The notes under the pieces are model-generated. The model saw nothing but the letters and a program-made list of their open reading frames with translations, ran no database searches and was not told the DNA's origin. Below, piece after piece: positions 37,031 through 47,152 of a stretch of 64,000 nt of DNA. How positions within the stretch are numbered: the first letter of the stretch is position 1; every line of letters starts with the position of its first letter. Source of the stretch: an uncultured Acidobacteriota bacterium (GTDB lineage: Bacteria; Acidobacteriota; Blastocatellia; RBC074); assembly GCA_963796275.1 (NCBI GenBank), contig CAWCKY010000003.1, positions 160,001 to 224,000 on the forward strand, read 5' to 3'. The translations under genes were made by a program, and so were the position numbers.

Positions 37031-37059
37031 TTGCCAATTCAATCCGACATGTATATGAT
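37031..37059 (+). promoter_or_regulatory. Sigma70 promoter of the RRM gene
   Basis: TTGCCA-17bp-TATGAT. Confidence 0.65.
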
Positions 37060-37383
37060 GCGTACGATGGAAAATGTCAAACTGTAATCGCAGGCGTGTT
37101 CAGGGGAACTGTAGAGGTCTCACGTTCACGTCTTTTGATTTTTAGGGAGACAGTGATTTCCAGTCACGCCTACTCGCTAGCATCAACGGTGATGCGCCGT
37201 CAGGTAGTTTCGGCTTGCGCGATCGGTGATTAGAGAGCAGGAGGATAGTAACAGTAGAAGCAGCTCTGTCAGTTGTCTTGCCAGTTGTTTGCCATTATCT
37301 TGGCTGCTGAATGACGATTGCGTTAGCTGGAAACCGTTTCCGCCGCCAGTATGTCTGCTTCCCCTTGCCAGAGGATATTCAAA

Positions 37384-37776
37384 ATGTCAGTTAGATTGTA
37401 TGTCGGTAACTTGCCATTCAGTGTGACCGAACAAGATCTAGAAGATCTTTTCGGCCAATCCGGTCAGGTTGAGTCAACCAACATAGTAACGGATCGCGAT
37501 ACGGGACGTTCACGCGGATTCGCATTCGTCGAGATGGATTCTCGCGAAGCAGCCGATGCCGCGATTCAAGCCTTGAATGGGTTTGAAATGGATGGCCGAT
37601 CGCTAACCGTTAACGAGGCTCGTCCTAAAGAGAGTCGTGGTGGTGGTGGAGGAGGATCCAGAGGTGGCTTTGGCGGTGGCGGCGGTCGGGGAGGATTCGG
37701 CGGCGGTGGAGGTCGTGGTGGTGGTGGCGGTGGTTATGGGCGTGATCGCGGCGGTCGCGGCGGAAATAGGTACTAA
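37384..37776 (+). CDS. RRM RNA-binding protein with Gly-rich tail
   Basis: RNP2 LYVGNL, RNP1 RGFAFVEM, VNEARP, RGG tail. Confidence 0.96.
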   Translation: MSVRLYVGNLPFSVTEQDLEDLFGQSGQVESTNIVTDRDTGRSRGFAFVEMDSREAADAAIQALNGFEMDGRSLTVNEARPKESRGGGGGGSRGGFGGGGGRGGFGGGGGRGGGGGGYGRDRGGRGGNRY

Positions 37777-37805
37777 AGGTATTTATCTCATCTTAGGCAC
37801 TCACG

Positions 37806-37849
37806 AAAGAGCAGGTAGCGGCTATACCGTTTCCTGCTCTTTTTATTTT
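37806..37849 (+). terminator. Rho-independent terminator
   Basis: AAAGAGCAGG...CCTGCTCTTT hairpin followed by TTATTTT. Confidence 0.8.
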
Positions 37850-37879
37850 GCTTAAGAGCCTGCTTTGAAATGATTTACG

Positions 37880-38128
37880 TCAGCTGGTCTCGAGTTTATC
37901 AGCTTTTAATGCCTGCCACAGATCCTGAAGCACGAACAACTGACTGCTATGTGATGAAATAACCTGGCCCAAGCGATAGCAGATATCGAAGGTGGGTAGG
38001 TCGCCGGAGCCTTTCTCCATGGCTTCCAGTTGCGCTTCCGGCAACCCCGAAAGCCGCGCCAGTTCAGTTATTGAAAGTTGAGCTTCTTGTCGCTTCTTTG
38101 ATAACTCTTTGCCGAAATTTTTCAGCAT
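37880..38128 (-). CDS. XRE-family HTH protein
   Basis: FGKELSKKR..LS..ELAR.SG......MEKG..LPT. Confidence 0.8.
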   Translation of the reverse strand: MLKNFGKELSKKRQEAQLSITELARLSGLPEAQLEAMEKGSGDLPTFDICYRLGQVISSHSSQLFVLQDLWQALKADKLETS

Positions 38129-38476
38129 GGACTTCCCCTAAACTTCAGAGAGTGTTGAGGGGCCCCTCTTAGTAATCCGTTTCCGCTTACACACGATAAT
38201 AGATGGACTGGTTGGCCTTGATCTAGTAGACCAGTAGATAAGGTCGATGACATTTGCCTGGGAGACAGACAATTGTTTTCGGCCAAAGTTCGTATAAAGA
38301 CGTGTGATCAGCGAGCATTTAACTGGGGAACCCACCAACGAAAACCAGTGTACATAAAGGTCATAATACGGTCAACCACTATTTTAACGCAGCCTATACC
38401 TGCCGGGCCGATATCGTATAATGAATCAGGAAGTAAGACTGCCCGGCGATGATACAGGACGGACTGCGGTTCTTTT

Positions 38477-39127
38477 ATGGAAAATATCTCACAAAAAATA
38501 GCCGAGCTGCGGCGCGAATATTATTCGGAACCGCTCGACGAGGATTTAGTAGAAGAGAATCCCATCGCGCAGTTTCAAAACTGGTTTGATGAGATCGTGC
38601 GGGTCGAGCATCCGGATCCCGATGCCATGACACTTTCAACAGTGTCGGAGGAAGGAGAAGTGTCTGCGCGAGTTGTGCTATTGAGAGGACTTGATGAACG
38701 CGGATTCGTTTTTTTCACCAACTATGAAAGCCGTAAGAGTCGCGAGTTGATAGCTAATCCGCGCGCGGCATTGACGTTCTTCTGGGGTTCGCTTAACCGG
38801 CAGGTTCGGATTGAAGGCTTAGTTGAGAAAGCTTCACGAAAGGAATCGGAAGAGTATTTTCAATCGAGACCACCTGGGAGCCAGCTCGGCGCATGGGCTT
38901 CGCCACAGAGCGGGGAGATTGCCGGGCGAGCCTCGCTCGATCAATTGTTCGCCGAAGCGGAGCAGCGGTTCAAAGGACATCCGATTCCATGTCCGCCGTT
39001 TTGGGGGGGATTTCGTTTGAACCCTGTAAGAATCGAGTTCTGGCAAGGCCGTGAGAACAGACTACACGACAGGATTCTCTATACATTGGATCGGGGCCGG
39101 TGGCAGCTATCTCGGCTGGCACCTTAG
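38477..39127 (+). CDS. pdxH: Pyridoxamine 5'-phosphate oxidase
   Basis: RVVLLR, FFTNYESRK, RQVRIEG, EFWQGRENRLHDR. Confidence 0.97.
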   Translation: MENISQKIAELRREYYSEPLDEDLVEENPIAQFQNWFDEIVRVEHPDPDAMTLSTVSEEGEVSARVVLLRGLDERGFVFFTNYESRKSRELIANPRAALTFFWGSLNRQVRIEGLVEKASRKESEEYFQSRPPGSQLGAWASPQSGEIAGRASLDQLFAEAEQRFKGHPIPCPPFWGGFRLNPVRIEFWQGRENRLHDRILYTLDRGRWQLSRLAP

Positions 39128-39192
39128 GAGAAGATGAGGAAGCGAGAGAAATAAAGGTCGATTGCCAATTGACCAATCTCCTTCTCCCTTCC

Positions 39193-40059
39193 TCAGGCTG
39201 GCAGCAAACCCCGTATCTCGCGTACGACGCGTTGCACTTCGTCTTGATCGGCGAGCGCGATCATGAAGAATTTGTATCCCTCGCTTATGCAGATGACGCC
39301 GTTGGCAAAAAACCATATCCCGTTGAGCAGCGGGTTGGCACCGAGAATCAGCCCGATGGGAAACCCGGTCACTGTTGCGCCGGAAAAGGCGGCGCCGATG
39401 AGCGACGCGCCAGCCGCCATGCTGAAAGCGCCGAGCAGAGGAGCGCCCACATATTTCACCATTTTGCGTTGAAACTCTATCCGCGATCGCTCTGCTTCTT
39501 CCAGTTGGCCTTCAGCCAGCAGTTTCTCTTGTTTTTTCAAATAGTCCGTATATTTTTCAGTAAGTTTGCGCATGCCGACGATCGGCAGCGCGCTGTGAAA
39601 GAACCAATTGCCTGCAGCCCCGGCCCCCAGAATCGTCACACCTAAATTGGGCAGCGCAGACCCGGCCCGCACGCCCGCGATCATCGAAAATGTAACTACA
39701 GCGCATTTGCCCGGATTCTCTTTGATCCAAGCTCGTGCTTTCTCGACCCCGTTCATTGCCGCTTCGGTGACCCGGGCGCTGCTCGCGCTGAAATTGTAAG
39801 CTTGTTCGGCACGGTGATAATAGCTTTGTGCGTTTCCGAAAACTTCCCTGGCTGTGTCTTCGGCGGTCTTCGAAAATTTCTCTGCGCCGCTTTGTAATGT
39901 CTCCGCACCCTCGCGCACCTTCTCTTCCGCTCGTTCTGCCGTCTGCCGTACGTTTTCCCTGACTTTGAATTGGTCATCAATCTTGTTGAATTGCTCACGT
40001 GCCGCATTCGCCGCATCGTTGGCAACCTTACGCAGCTGATCGAATATCTTGTCGTTCAT
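39193..40059 (-). CDS. Hypothetical protein (N-terminal coiled coil, C-terminal hydrophobic segments)
   Basis: 288-aa ORF with GAGGAGG RBS. Confidence 0.75.
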   Translation of the reverse strand: MNDKIFDQLRKVANDAANAAREQFNKIDDQFKVRENVRQTAERAEEKVREGAETLQSGAEKFSKTAEDTAREVFGNAQSYYHRAEQAYNFSASSARVTEAAMNGVEKARAWIKENPGKCAVVTFSMIAGVRAGSALPNLGVTILGAGAAGNWFFHSALPIVGMRKLTEKYTDYLKKQEKLLAEGQLEEAERSRIEFQRKMVKYVGAPLLGAFSMAAGASLIGAAFSGATVTGFPIGLILGANPLLNGIWFFANGVICISEGYKFFMIALADQDEVQRVVREIRGLLPA

Positions 40060-40199
40060 CGAAATTCCTCCTCGGGTTCCATCGTTTCAGGGAAACGTCA
40101 TTTACCTGCCCAAGATTTGTTTATAACGCATGTCTTAGCTTACGCAGACCGATTCTTTGAAGTTCAACCCTTCTCACAATTAACCGCATTCATCCGCCA

Positions 40200-40255
40200 T
40201 TGACATATCTAACCCCACAATTTAAACTTAGTGTACATTTTACACTAAGTTTAAA
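40200..40255 (+). promoter_or_regulatory. Sigma70 promoter overlapped by an NrtR operator
   Basis: TTGACA-17bp-TAAACT; perfect inverted repeat TTTAAACTTAGTGTA-CATTT-TACACTAAGTTTAAA (GT-N7-AC core). Confidence 0.85.
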
Positions 40256-40275
40256 AGCGCGAGGTGAATGGAATA

Positions 40276-41664
40276 ATGGCAGACGAAACTGGAAAGAAGA
40301 AGGGGAAGCCGAGGATGTCGGGTCTGGCGACAGACCTATACCAGCTAACGATGGGGGCGGGATATTATGGAAGCCGGCGCAACGAACGGGCTAGTTTCGA
40401 ATTATTCATTCGAGATCTTCCGGAGGAGCGTTCATTTCTGGTTGTGGCGGGGCTCGAGCAGGTTCTGGAGTATTTGAAGGATTTGAGTTTCAGCGCGGAA
40501 GAGGTCGAGTTTTTACGGGAGTTGCCTGTCTTTGCAAATGTCGGGCGCGCATATTTCGATTATCTGCGTGAATTTCGCTTCAGCGGAGATGTATACGCGA
40601 TGCCCGAAGGAACGATCGCTTTCGCCGGTGAGCCATTAGTGCGTGTGACCGCGCCGCTCATTGAAGCCCAAATGATTGAGACATTTCTTCTCACGACGAT
40701 CAACTTCCAGACATTGATCGCGACGAAAGCGGCGCGGATGGTCGAGGCCGCGCAGGGACGCGGGGTGATAGAGTTCGGTGCGCGGCGATGCCACAGCTTT
40801 GGCGCAGCGATCTATGCTGCGCGCGCTGCATTCATTGGCGGTTGCATAGGAACATCGAATGTGGAGGCCGGAAAATTGTTCGACATTCCTCTTCATGGGA
40901 CGGCGGCACATTCATTTACGATGGCTTTCGACCGCGAAATAGATGCGTTCCGCGCATACCAGAAAGTATTTCCCGAAAGCACGACTCTCCTGCTCGACAC
41001 CTATGACACGATAACCGCCGCACATTCGGTGACTGAGTTTGGATCCCAACTGAAAGGTGTGCGTCTCGATAGCGGAGATCTGGTTGAATTATCGAAGCGA
41101 GTGCGCGAAATCCTGGATCGAGCTGGGATGTGTGAAACCAGTATAGTTGCGAGTGGCGATCTCGATGAATACAAGATTGCACAAATGTTGGATGCGGGAG
41201 CACAGATCGATCTCTTCGGTGTGGGAACCGAGCTCTCTACCTCACGCGACGCTCCCGCGCTGGGTGGCGTCTACAAACTGGTCGAGGTTGATTATGCTGA
41301 TCGCTCTGAGCTTAAGATGAAGTTAAGCTGCGGCAAGGCAACATATCCCTGCCGCAAACAGATATGGCGAATGGCGGCCCCTGATGGCGCATTCAACGGC
41401 GACGTCATCGGAACTCTAGAAGAAGATCAAACGGGTGATCCTTTGTTGATTCCTGCCATGCGCGATGGCGAAATAATCGAAAAGTTGCCGAGCATCAGAG
41501 AGATTCAGCTCTATGCGCAAGCGCAGATCGCGCGCCTGCCTTACCGGTTTAAAAAAGTGTGCGATCCGGAGCGCTATCCTGTGTGTTACAGTCCTGGGCT
41601 CGAGCGCAAACGATTGGAGCTGATGGCGGCCGAAAGCTGGAGGCTGGGAAATCACCCCAAGTAG
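40276..41664 (+). CDS. pncB: Nicotinate phosphoribosyltransferase
   Basis: TDLYQLTM, EFGARR, GTAAHSF, GVRLDSGD, GVYKL. Confidence 0.95.
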   Translation: MADETGKKKGKPRMSGLATDLYQLTMGAGYYGSRRNERASFELFIRDLPEERSFLVVAGLEQVLEYLKDLSFSAEEVEFLRELPVFANVGRAYFDYLREFRFSGDVYAMPEGTIAFAGEPLVRVTAPLIEAQMIETFLLTTINFQTLIATKAARMVEAAQGRGVIEFGARRCHSFGAAIYAARAAFIGGCIGTSNVEAGKLFDIPLHGTAAHSFTMAFDREIDAFRAYQKVFPESTTLLLDTYDTITAAHSVTEFGSQLKGVRLDSGDLVELSKRVREILDRAGMCETSIVASGDLDEYKIAQMLDAGAQIDLFGVGTELSTSRDAPALGGVYKLVEVDYADRSELKMKLSCGKATYPCRKQIWRMAAPDGAFNGDVIGTLEEDQTGDPLLIPAMRDGEIIEKLPSIREIQLYAQAQIARLPYRFKKVCDPERYPVCYSPGLERKRLELMAAESWRLGNHPK

Positions 41665-41846
41665 TGGTCGAAATAATAAATCCATCCCGGAGGCGAAGCT
41701 GGAAACGGATTGTTTTCTCACGGATCGGGTTCGAGATCGGTCAACGTCTGACAACGGGCTGTGATATCTGCCTCCGCCTCGCTATTCTCATTAGCTCACT
41801 TCGCGAGCGGAATTGACGCTCGCTGAGGTCAAAAGGAAGAAGAGCC

Positions 41847-42449
41847 ATGTATTTTTTTGATATCGATACCCAGCGTGATTTCATGCAAGGTGAAGGAGCT
41901 CTCTACGTACCAAATGCCGAATATATCTGGTCAAATATCGAACGGCTATTGCGCGCCGCGGGCGAGAAGGGAATCATAACTATTTCCTCGCGCTGCGCAC
42001 ACGAACCGGATGATCCTGAGTTCGAGGTCTTCCCTCTGCATTGCATCGACGGCACTCCCGGAGCTGAACGGATATTTCCTCATCTGCCCCAGCTGCCGCG
42101 TCGCGAGATCGACGTCGGCGCGCAAATGGAACCGGAAGCAACGCTTGCGCCAGCGACGCATTACATCGTAAAGAAGAAGGTCTTCGACCTCTTTTCAAAC
42201 GACTGGCTCAACGGTTTGCGGGAGCGAGGTGTCTTTAGTGGGCAGAGCTGTGTGGTCTTCGGTGTGGCGACCGATTATTGCGTGCGCTCTTGCGTTTTGG
42301 GGTTGTTACAGTCTGGCGCCCATGTCTCGCTGGTGAAAGATGCCATCCAGGGTGTAGCGCATGAGACAACAGAGAAGGCGATCGCTGAAAAAAGCGCTGC
42401 AGGTGTTGTCTTTACAACTACGGATGAGGTATTGAAAGAACTGGGTTGA
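41847..42449 (+). CDS. pncA: Nicotinamidase (isochorismatase family)
   Basis: DIDTQRDF..GAL, HC..GT.G, GVATDYCV. Confidence 0.88.
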   Translation: MYFFDIDTQRDFMQGEGALYVPNAEYIWSNIERLLRAAGEKGIITISSRCAHEPDDPEFEVFPLHCIDGTPGAERIFPHLPQLPRREIDVGAQMEPEATLAPATHYIVKKKVFDLFSNDWLNGLRERGVFSGQSCVVFGVATDYCVRSCVLGLLQSGAHVSLVKDAIQGVAHETTEKAIAEKSAAGVVFTTTDEVLKELG

Positions 42450-42555
42450 GCATTAGAATTTATAACGATAGATCTTTCATACCTCGATCCATCAGACTAT
42501 CGACCATCGACCATCAACTAATAACTATCAACTATCATTTATCAACGATCCTTAA

Positions 42556-43227
42556 ATGAGCAAACTCAATGATTACCCACGCCCTTCCGTCACCGTTGAT
42601 CTGGTGATCTTTACCATCGCCGAAGATGATCTCAGGGTACTGCTCATCCGGCGTGGTCTGGAACCATTCAAAGGGCGATGGGCGCTGCCCGGCGGCTTCG
42701 TCGAGATCGATGAATCGCTTGAGCAGGCGGCAGCGCGCGAATTACAGGAAGAGGTCGGTGTCACAAATGTTTACCTAGAACAACTCTATACATTCGGCGA
42801 CCCGAAGCGAGATCCGCGTGGCCGCGTCATAAGTATCGCTTATTTTGCACTCGTCGATGCCGAGCGCCAGCGAATTGTGGCCGCGTCGGATGCTGCGGAT
42901 GCGGCATGGTACTCCGTCTTCGATCCGGAGCTCCGGGCCAGGCTTGCTTTCGATCATAAAAAGATTCTCGATTATGCGGTTTGGAGACTCCGGAACAAGA
43001 TCGAATGGACGACGGTCGGTTACGAACTGTTGCCGAAAAAATTTACACTCTCGGAGTTGCAGCGCGTATACGAGATAATTCTCCAACGTCCCGTTGATAA
43101 GAGAAATTTCCGCAAGAAGATCCTGGCGCAGGGACAAGTACAGGAACTCAACGAGACCCGCAGCGATGTTGCGCATCGGCCGGCAAGGCTATATTCGTTC
43201 TGTCAGAAAGATCTGAAGCCGAGGTAG
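42556..43227 (+). CDS. nrtR: NrtR Nudix-wHTH transcriptional regulator
   Basis: WALPGGF..ARELQEE Nudix box, RDPRGR, DKRNFRKK, RPARLY. Confidence 0.93.
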   Translation: MSKLNDYPRPSVTVDLVIFTIAEDDLRVLLIRRGLEPFKGRWALPGGFVEIDESLEQAAARELQEEVGVTNVYLEQLYTFGDPKRDPRGRVISIAYFALVDAERQRIVAASDAADAAWYSVFDPELRARLAFDHKKILDYAVWRLRNKIEWTTVGYELLPKKFTLSELQRVYEIILQRPVDKRNFRKKILAQGQVQELNETRSDVAHRPARLYSFCQKDLKPR

Positions 43228-44048
43228 ATGATGACGAATCCGGCGATGAGGCGATAGATGATAAAGACGAGTGTCGAGTGTGAGCGAAGATAATTGAGTA
43301 AGAAGGCGATGCTGGCATAGCCCGAAATGGCGGCGACTATTGTCGCGACGGCGAGGTTCGCCATGCTAGTCTCGCCTAAAAGGTGTATCGCTTCTCTCAA
43401 TTCGAGCAGGCCGCTTGCGCCGATCGCCGGAATCGAGAGCAGGAATGAAAAGCGGGCGGCAGCCTCCCTGGTCATTCCTGCGAAGAGTGCGCCGGCGATG
43501 GTCGTCCCCGATCGGGAGGAGCCGGGTATCAAAGCGAATACCTGGGCCACACCGACAGCCAATGCCTCGCGTAACCCGACGTGCTCCAGCTCGCGCCGGC
43601 GCTTGCCCAGTAGCTCAGCCATCCAGAGAATCACCCCCCAGACCACCATGCTCGTTCCTATGACATAAAAATTTTTGGTCAACTCTCCCTCGATAATGTT
43701 TTTGGCGAGTAGACCCACTATTGCGATCGGCAGCGTTCCTACGATGATCACCCAGCCCAGCCGGGTAGCTTTTCGCGCCGAACTGTCTCGCCGCGCCTTC
43801 AGCAGCGCCAGGTTACCGTTGATAAAGCCCAGAGTGATGCTGATGATGTCGCGGAAAAAATAGACGATTACCGCACCCAGCGTGCCGAGCTGAATCACGG
43901 CTATAAAAGCCGTAATCTGTTGCGCCGACATCTCCCCTTCGAGGCCCATCAGTTTCTCCGCAATGATCAGATGTCCGGTGCTGCTGATGGGTATGAATTC
44001 GGTGAGACCTTGAATAATACCGAGGATTATTGCCTGTAACAGGTTCAT
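43203..44048 (-). CDS. uppP: Undecaprenyl-diphosphate phosphatase
   Basis: QGLTEFIPISSTGH, PGSSRSG, AARFSFLL. Confidence 0.97.
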   Translation of the reverse strand: MNLLQAIILGIIQGLTEFIPISSTGHLIIAEKLMGLEGEMSAQQITAFIAVIQLGTLGAVIVYFFRDIISITLGFINGNLALLKARRDSSARKATRLGWVIIVGTLPIAIVGLLAKNIIEGELTKNFYVIGTSMVVWGVILWMAELLGKRRRELEHVGLREALAVGVAQVFALIPGSSRSGTTIAGALFAGMTREAAARFSFLLSIPAIGASGLLELREAIHLLGETSMANLAVATIVAAISGYASIAFLLNYLRSHSTLVFIIYRLIAGFVIIYLGFRSF

Positions 44049-44142
44049 TTATCAGTTTCCAGTTTCAGGTTTCAGGTTTCAGTTTACGGAAATAACAATA
44101 TCTCTGAAAACTACAAACTGAAAATTGAAACTATTATTGCGG

Positions 44143-45846
44143 TTAATTCAGCTTCTCCAACAAGTACGTTGCAAGTTGTGAGATTGCGACCCGATCCTGT
44201 CGCATCGTATCGCGGTCGCGCACGGTTACGGTGTCTTTAAGCTCCGGGTCTTTCTCGCCCAGAGTCTCATAGTCGACGGTGATGCAGAATGGAGTGCCGA
44301 TCTCGTCCTGACGGCGATAGAGTTTACCGATCGCACCGGTATCGTCGTAGATCGAGCGCATCAACGGCTGCAGATCGCGCTTGATCCCCTTGGCGAATTC
44401 GACGATGCGCGGCTCTCTCCTTACGAGCGGGAAGACGGCGACCTTGATCGGCGCCAGCTGCGGGTGAAGTTTCAAAACCACGCGAGTATGATCATCGCAT
44501 AGGCTGGCCGCTGCCTGACGGACTTTTTTGAGCAGTTCGACGCGATCGCCGCCCGGCAGATCGCAGACATCTTCTACGCTGAGCAGCGAAGCGGGCAATG
44601 AGGCATCGGCTTTCGCCAGGCCTTCGTTGATGGCGCGCAATTGCTCCGCAGTCGGGGCGCCGGCCTTCGGTTCGCCTTTTTGCTTCTCTGCTTCGGCGAT
44701 CTTCTTGTCGATGCTCTTGCGCGCGGCTGCGATGGCGGCGCGCAGGGCATTCAAGTCCTCTTCCTTCGGCTCACTGACGAGCTCTTCGTTGTATGCTTCG
44801 CAGAGAAAGGCGAGCGTCGCCCGGGTCGCGCCGGCCGAGGGCTCGATCACATAGGGGATGAAACGAGCGCCTTTCTTGCCGCTGGCCGGATCTACGTATT
44901 GGTCATCGAAATACTCAAGCTTCGCGGTGCTGTCCGTGTTCTTTTGTAGTTTCAGCCGGGCCAGGTTTTCTTCAGTCACATCTTTGCTGTGTGCTGAAAG
45001 GTCGTAATCCTGGCGATTTGCGATGCCTTCCAGCTCACTGAAACCGAGCGATCCGGGGAACAGATATTCGATGTCGACCGTCGCCTTGGCATAATGCGCC
45101 AACTCTTCCGGGGTCTGCTCGCGTTTGCTCAAACGTTCCGGCGCGATGCCCATGTTGATATACCAATCGAACCGCTGGTTGACCCATTCCCCGTGCAACT
45201 CAACATCGTTCTTTTCACCGGGCTGCAGAAATTGCGGCGGCTTACAGAAGTATTCGATTTCCATCTGTTCGAATTCGCGCGTGCGGAATGTGAAATTGCC
45301 GGGCGTGATTTCGTTACGGAAAGCCTTACCAACCTGCGCGATTCCGAATGGCAGCTTGCGGCGCGTCGTCTGGAGCACATTGAGGAAGTTGACGAAAATT
45401 CCCTGCGCTGTTTCAGGTCTTAGATAAGCGAGGTTCTCATCGCTTTCAACCGGGCCGATAGTCGTTCTGAACATCAGGTTGAAATTGCGTGGTTCGGTCA
45501 GATTGGTTGAACCGCAGTTTGGACACTTTTTTGCTTTCAGATGATCGGCCCGATGACGCGTTTTGCAATCGCGACAATCCAGGAGCGGGTCGGAGAATGT
45601 CGCTTCGTGACCGGAGTATTTCCATACCAGGCGATTCATGAGGATCGCGGCATCAAGACCTTCCATATCGTCGCGCTCATAGACGACCGAGCGCCACCAC
45701 GCCCGGATAACATTATTCTTTAATTCGACGCCCAGCGGGCCGTAGTCCCAGGTTGAAGCTATGCCGCCGTATATGTCGGAATTAGCAAAGATGAAGCCCC
45801 GCCTCTTGCAAAGGCTGACGATCTTTTCCATGCTCGGTGCTGCCAT
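44143..45846 (-). CDS. glyQS: Glycine--tRNA ligase, alpha2 type, with a long insertion
   Basis: [44 protein letters not shown]. Confidence 0.96.
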   Translation of the reverse strand: MAAPSMEKIVSLCKRRGFIFANSDIYGGIASTWDYGPLGVELKNNVIRAWWRSVVYERDDMEGLDAAILMNRLVWKYSGHEATFSDPLLDCRDCKTRHRADHLKAKKCPNCGSTNLTEPRNFNLMFRTTIGPVESDENLAYLRPETAQGIFVNFLNVLQTTRRKLPFGIAQVGKAFRNEITPGNFTFRTREFEQMEIEYFCKPPQFLQPGEKNDVELHGEWVNQRFDWYINMGIAPERLSKREQTPEELAHYAKATVDIEYLFPGSLGFSELEGIANRQDYDLSAHSKDVTEENLARLKLQKNTDSTAKLEYFDDQYVDPASGKKGARFIPYVIEPSAGATRATLAFLCEAYNEELVSEPKEEDLNALRAAIAAARKSIDKKIAEAEKQKGEPKAGAPTAEQLRAINEGLAKADASLPASLLSVEDVCDLPGGDRVELLKKVRQAAASLCDDHTRVVLKLHPQLAPIKVAVFPLVRREPRIVEFAKGIKRDLQPLMRSIYDDTGAIGKLYRRQDEIGTPFCITVDYETLGEKDPELKDTVTVRDRDTMRQDRVAISQLATYLLEKLN

Positions 45847-45991
45847 TCTAGTTACTGGACCTCTCGATCAACTGAGATGCTTTTTGTGCGGGAAGAAATA
45901 TTGCAGGCACAAAAAAGAAGCCTGGATATTAGCAGAGCCTCTTTCGTTGCGCAATTTGGCAAATAAAGCGGCGGATGGCAAAATATTCGGT

Positions 45992-47152
45992 ATGTCACGA
46001 ACGACCATCTCAAAAACTCTACTCCTAGTCGTGGTGGTATTACTCGCAGTTTGGCGGGCGGTCGGACACCCGGCGTATTTAAACCTCTATGCCATTGATC
46101 CGCGATCGAAACAGGAATTGCGGACTGATTGTACGATATGTCACGATCCGAACGGGCGAGCGAGCGATCCGAACTTCCTGAGCGATTTCGGGCGCGAATT
46201 CAAGGCGAACCAATACCGCATCAACGAGGATATGCGAACCCGATTCGCAAATTTGTTCAACCCAGCAGACCAGCCTGTGACCGGAATAACAGCCGACACG
46301 ATCAACGTGGCGACATCGCAGGTCGTGGTCAATGTGACGGTAACCGATGAGCGCGGAGAATTTGTGACCGAACTCGATCAGCAATCTTTCACGCTGCTCG
46401 AAGACGATCAGGAGCAGAAGGTAATCGAGTTTCTGGATGAGAAAGCGCCGGTGGCTGTCGCGGTCGTCCTCGATGTTTCCGGCAGCGTGATCGAGAAAGA
46501 TCTGGAACGGTATCGCAATGCTGCGTTCGATCTGGCTTATCGTCTGCGGCCCAAAGATACCCTGGCGATCTATACTTTCGACAAGACTGGAGTGCATAAA
46601 GCTCGCGACTACTCGTCCACCGTTCAAGGCCTCAAGTCGGTGCTCAAAGAATTGAAAGGGGAAGGCAAGTCGCCGCTCTACGACGCCATTCTGACCGCCA
46701 GCTCGGAGCTGCGAGAAAGACCGGAACGGAGGCGGGCACTCGTTTTGATCTCGGACGGCTTAGACAACGGAAGCAGCGCCACACTACGCGAGGTCGAGAA
46801 GAGCACGATGCTGGCGGGCACTTCCATTTATGCCGTCGATCTGGTCAATACCGAGAAGAGCTCCAAGCGTTCGGCTCAGAGACAGGCCGCCGCGCAAACC
46901 CTCAAGCAGATCGCGCAGGAGAGCGGGGGCCGCTACATCACGACTGAAGAAGGGTTCTTCCTTTTGCCATCACGCACTAAGCTTAAACGAATTTTCACCG
47001 ATCTGATCGATGAGCTGCACAGCCAGTATACAATCATATACGAACCCGCCAATGCGCGGCGGATGGGGCGTTGGCGCACGATCCGCGTCAACATGGAGCA
47101 ATCGGATTTGAGCGCGCGAACGAGGTTGGGTTATCGCGAAAGTCTTGAATGA
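45992..47152 (+). CDS. Secreted VWA protein with N-terminal CxxCH (haem c) motif
   Basis: Signal peptide, CTICH at 46130-46144, DVSGS MIDAS, ISDG. Confidence 0.85.
   Translation: MSRTTISKTLLLVVVVLLAVWRAVGHPAYLNLYAIDPRSKQELRTDCTICHDPNGRASDPNFLSDFGREFKANQYRINEDMRTRFANLFNPADQPVTGITADTINVATSQVVVNVTVTDERGEFVTELDQQSFTLLEDDQEQKVIEFLDEKAPVAVAVVLDVSGSVIEKDLERYRNAAFDLAYRLRPKDTLAIYTFDKTGVHKARDYSSTVQGLKSVLKELKGEGKSPLYDAILTASSELRERPERRRALVLISDGLDNGSSATLREVEKSTMLAGTSIYAVDLVNTEKSSKRSAQRQAAAQTLKQIAQESGGRYITTEEGFFLLPSRTKLKRIFTDLIDELHSQYTIIYEPANARRMGRWRTIRVNMEQSDLSARTRLGYRESLE

Noticed and set aside
38347-38365. Second NrtR site upstream of pdxH
   Set aside because: Only one half site (AGTGTACAT) matches; no inverted partner
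44485-44781. Intein in GlyRS
   Set aside because: No N-terminal Cys/Ser or C-terminal His-Asn splice motifs
45761-45991. Long N-terminal extension of the CxxCH-VWA ORF
   Set aside because: Overlaps the glyQS start on the other strand; the signal peptide begins at ATG 45992
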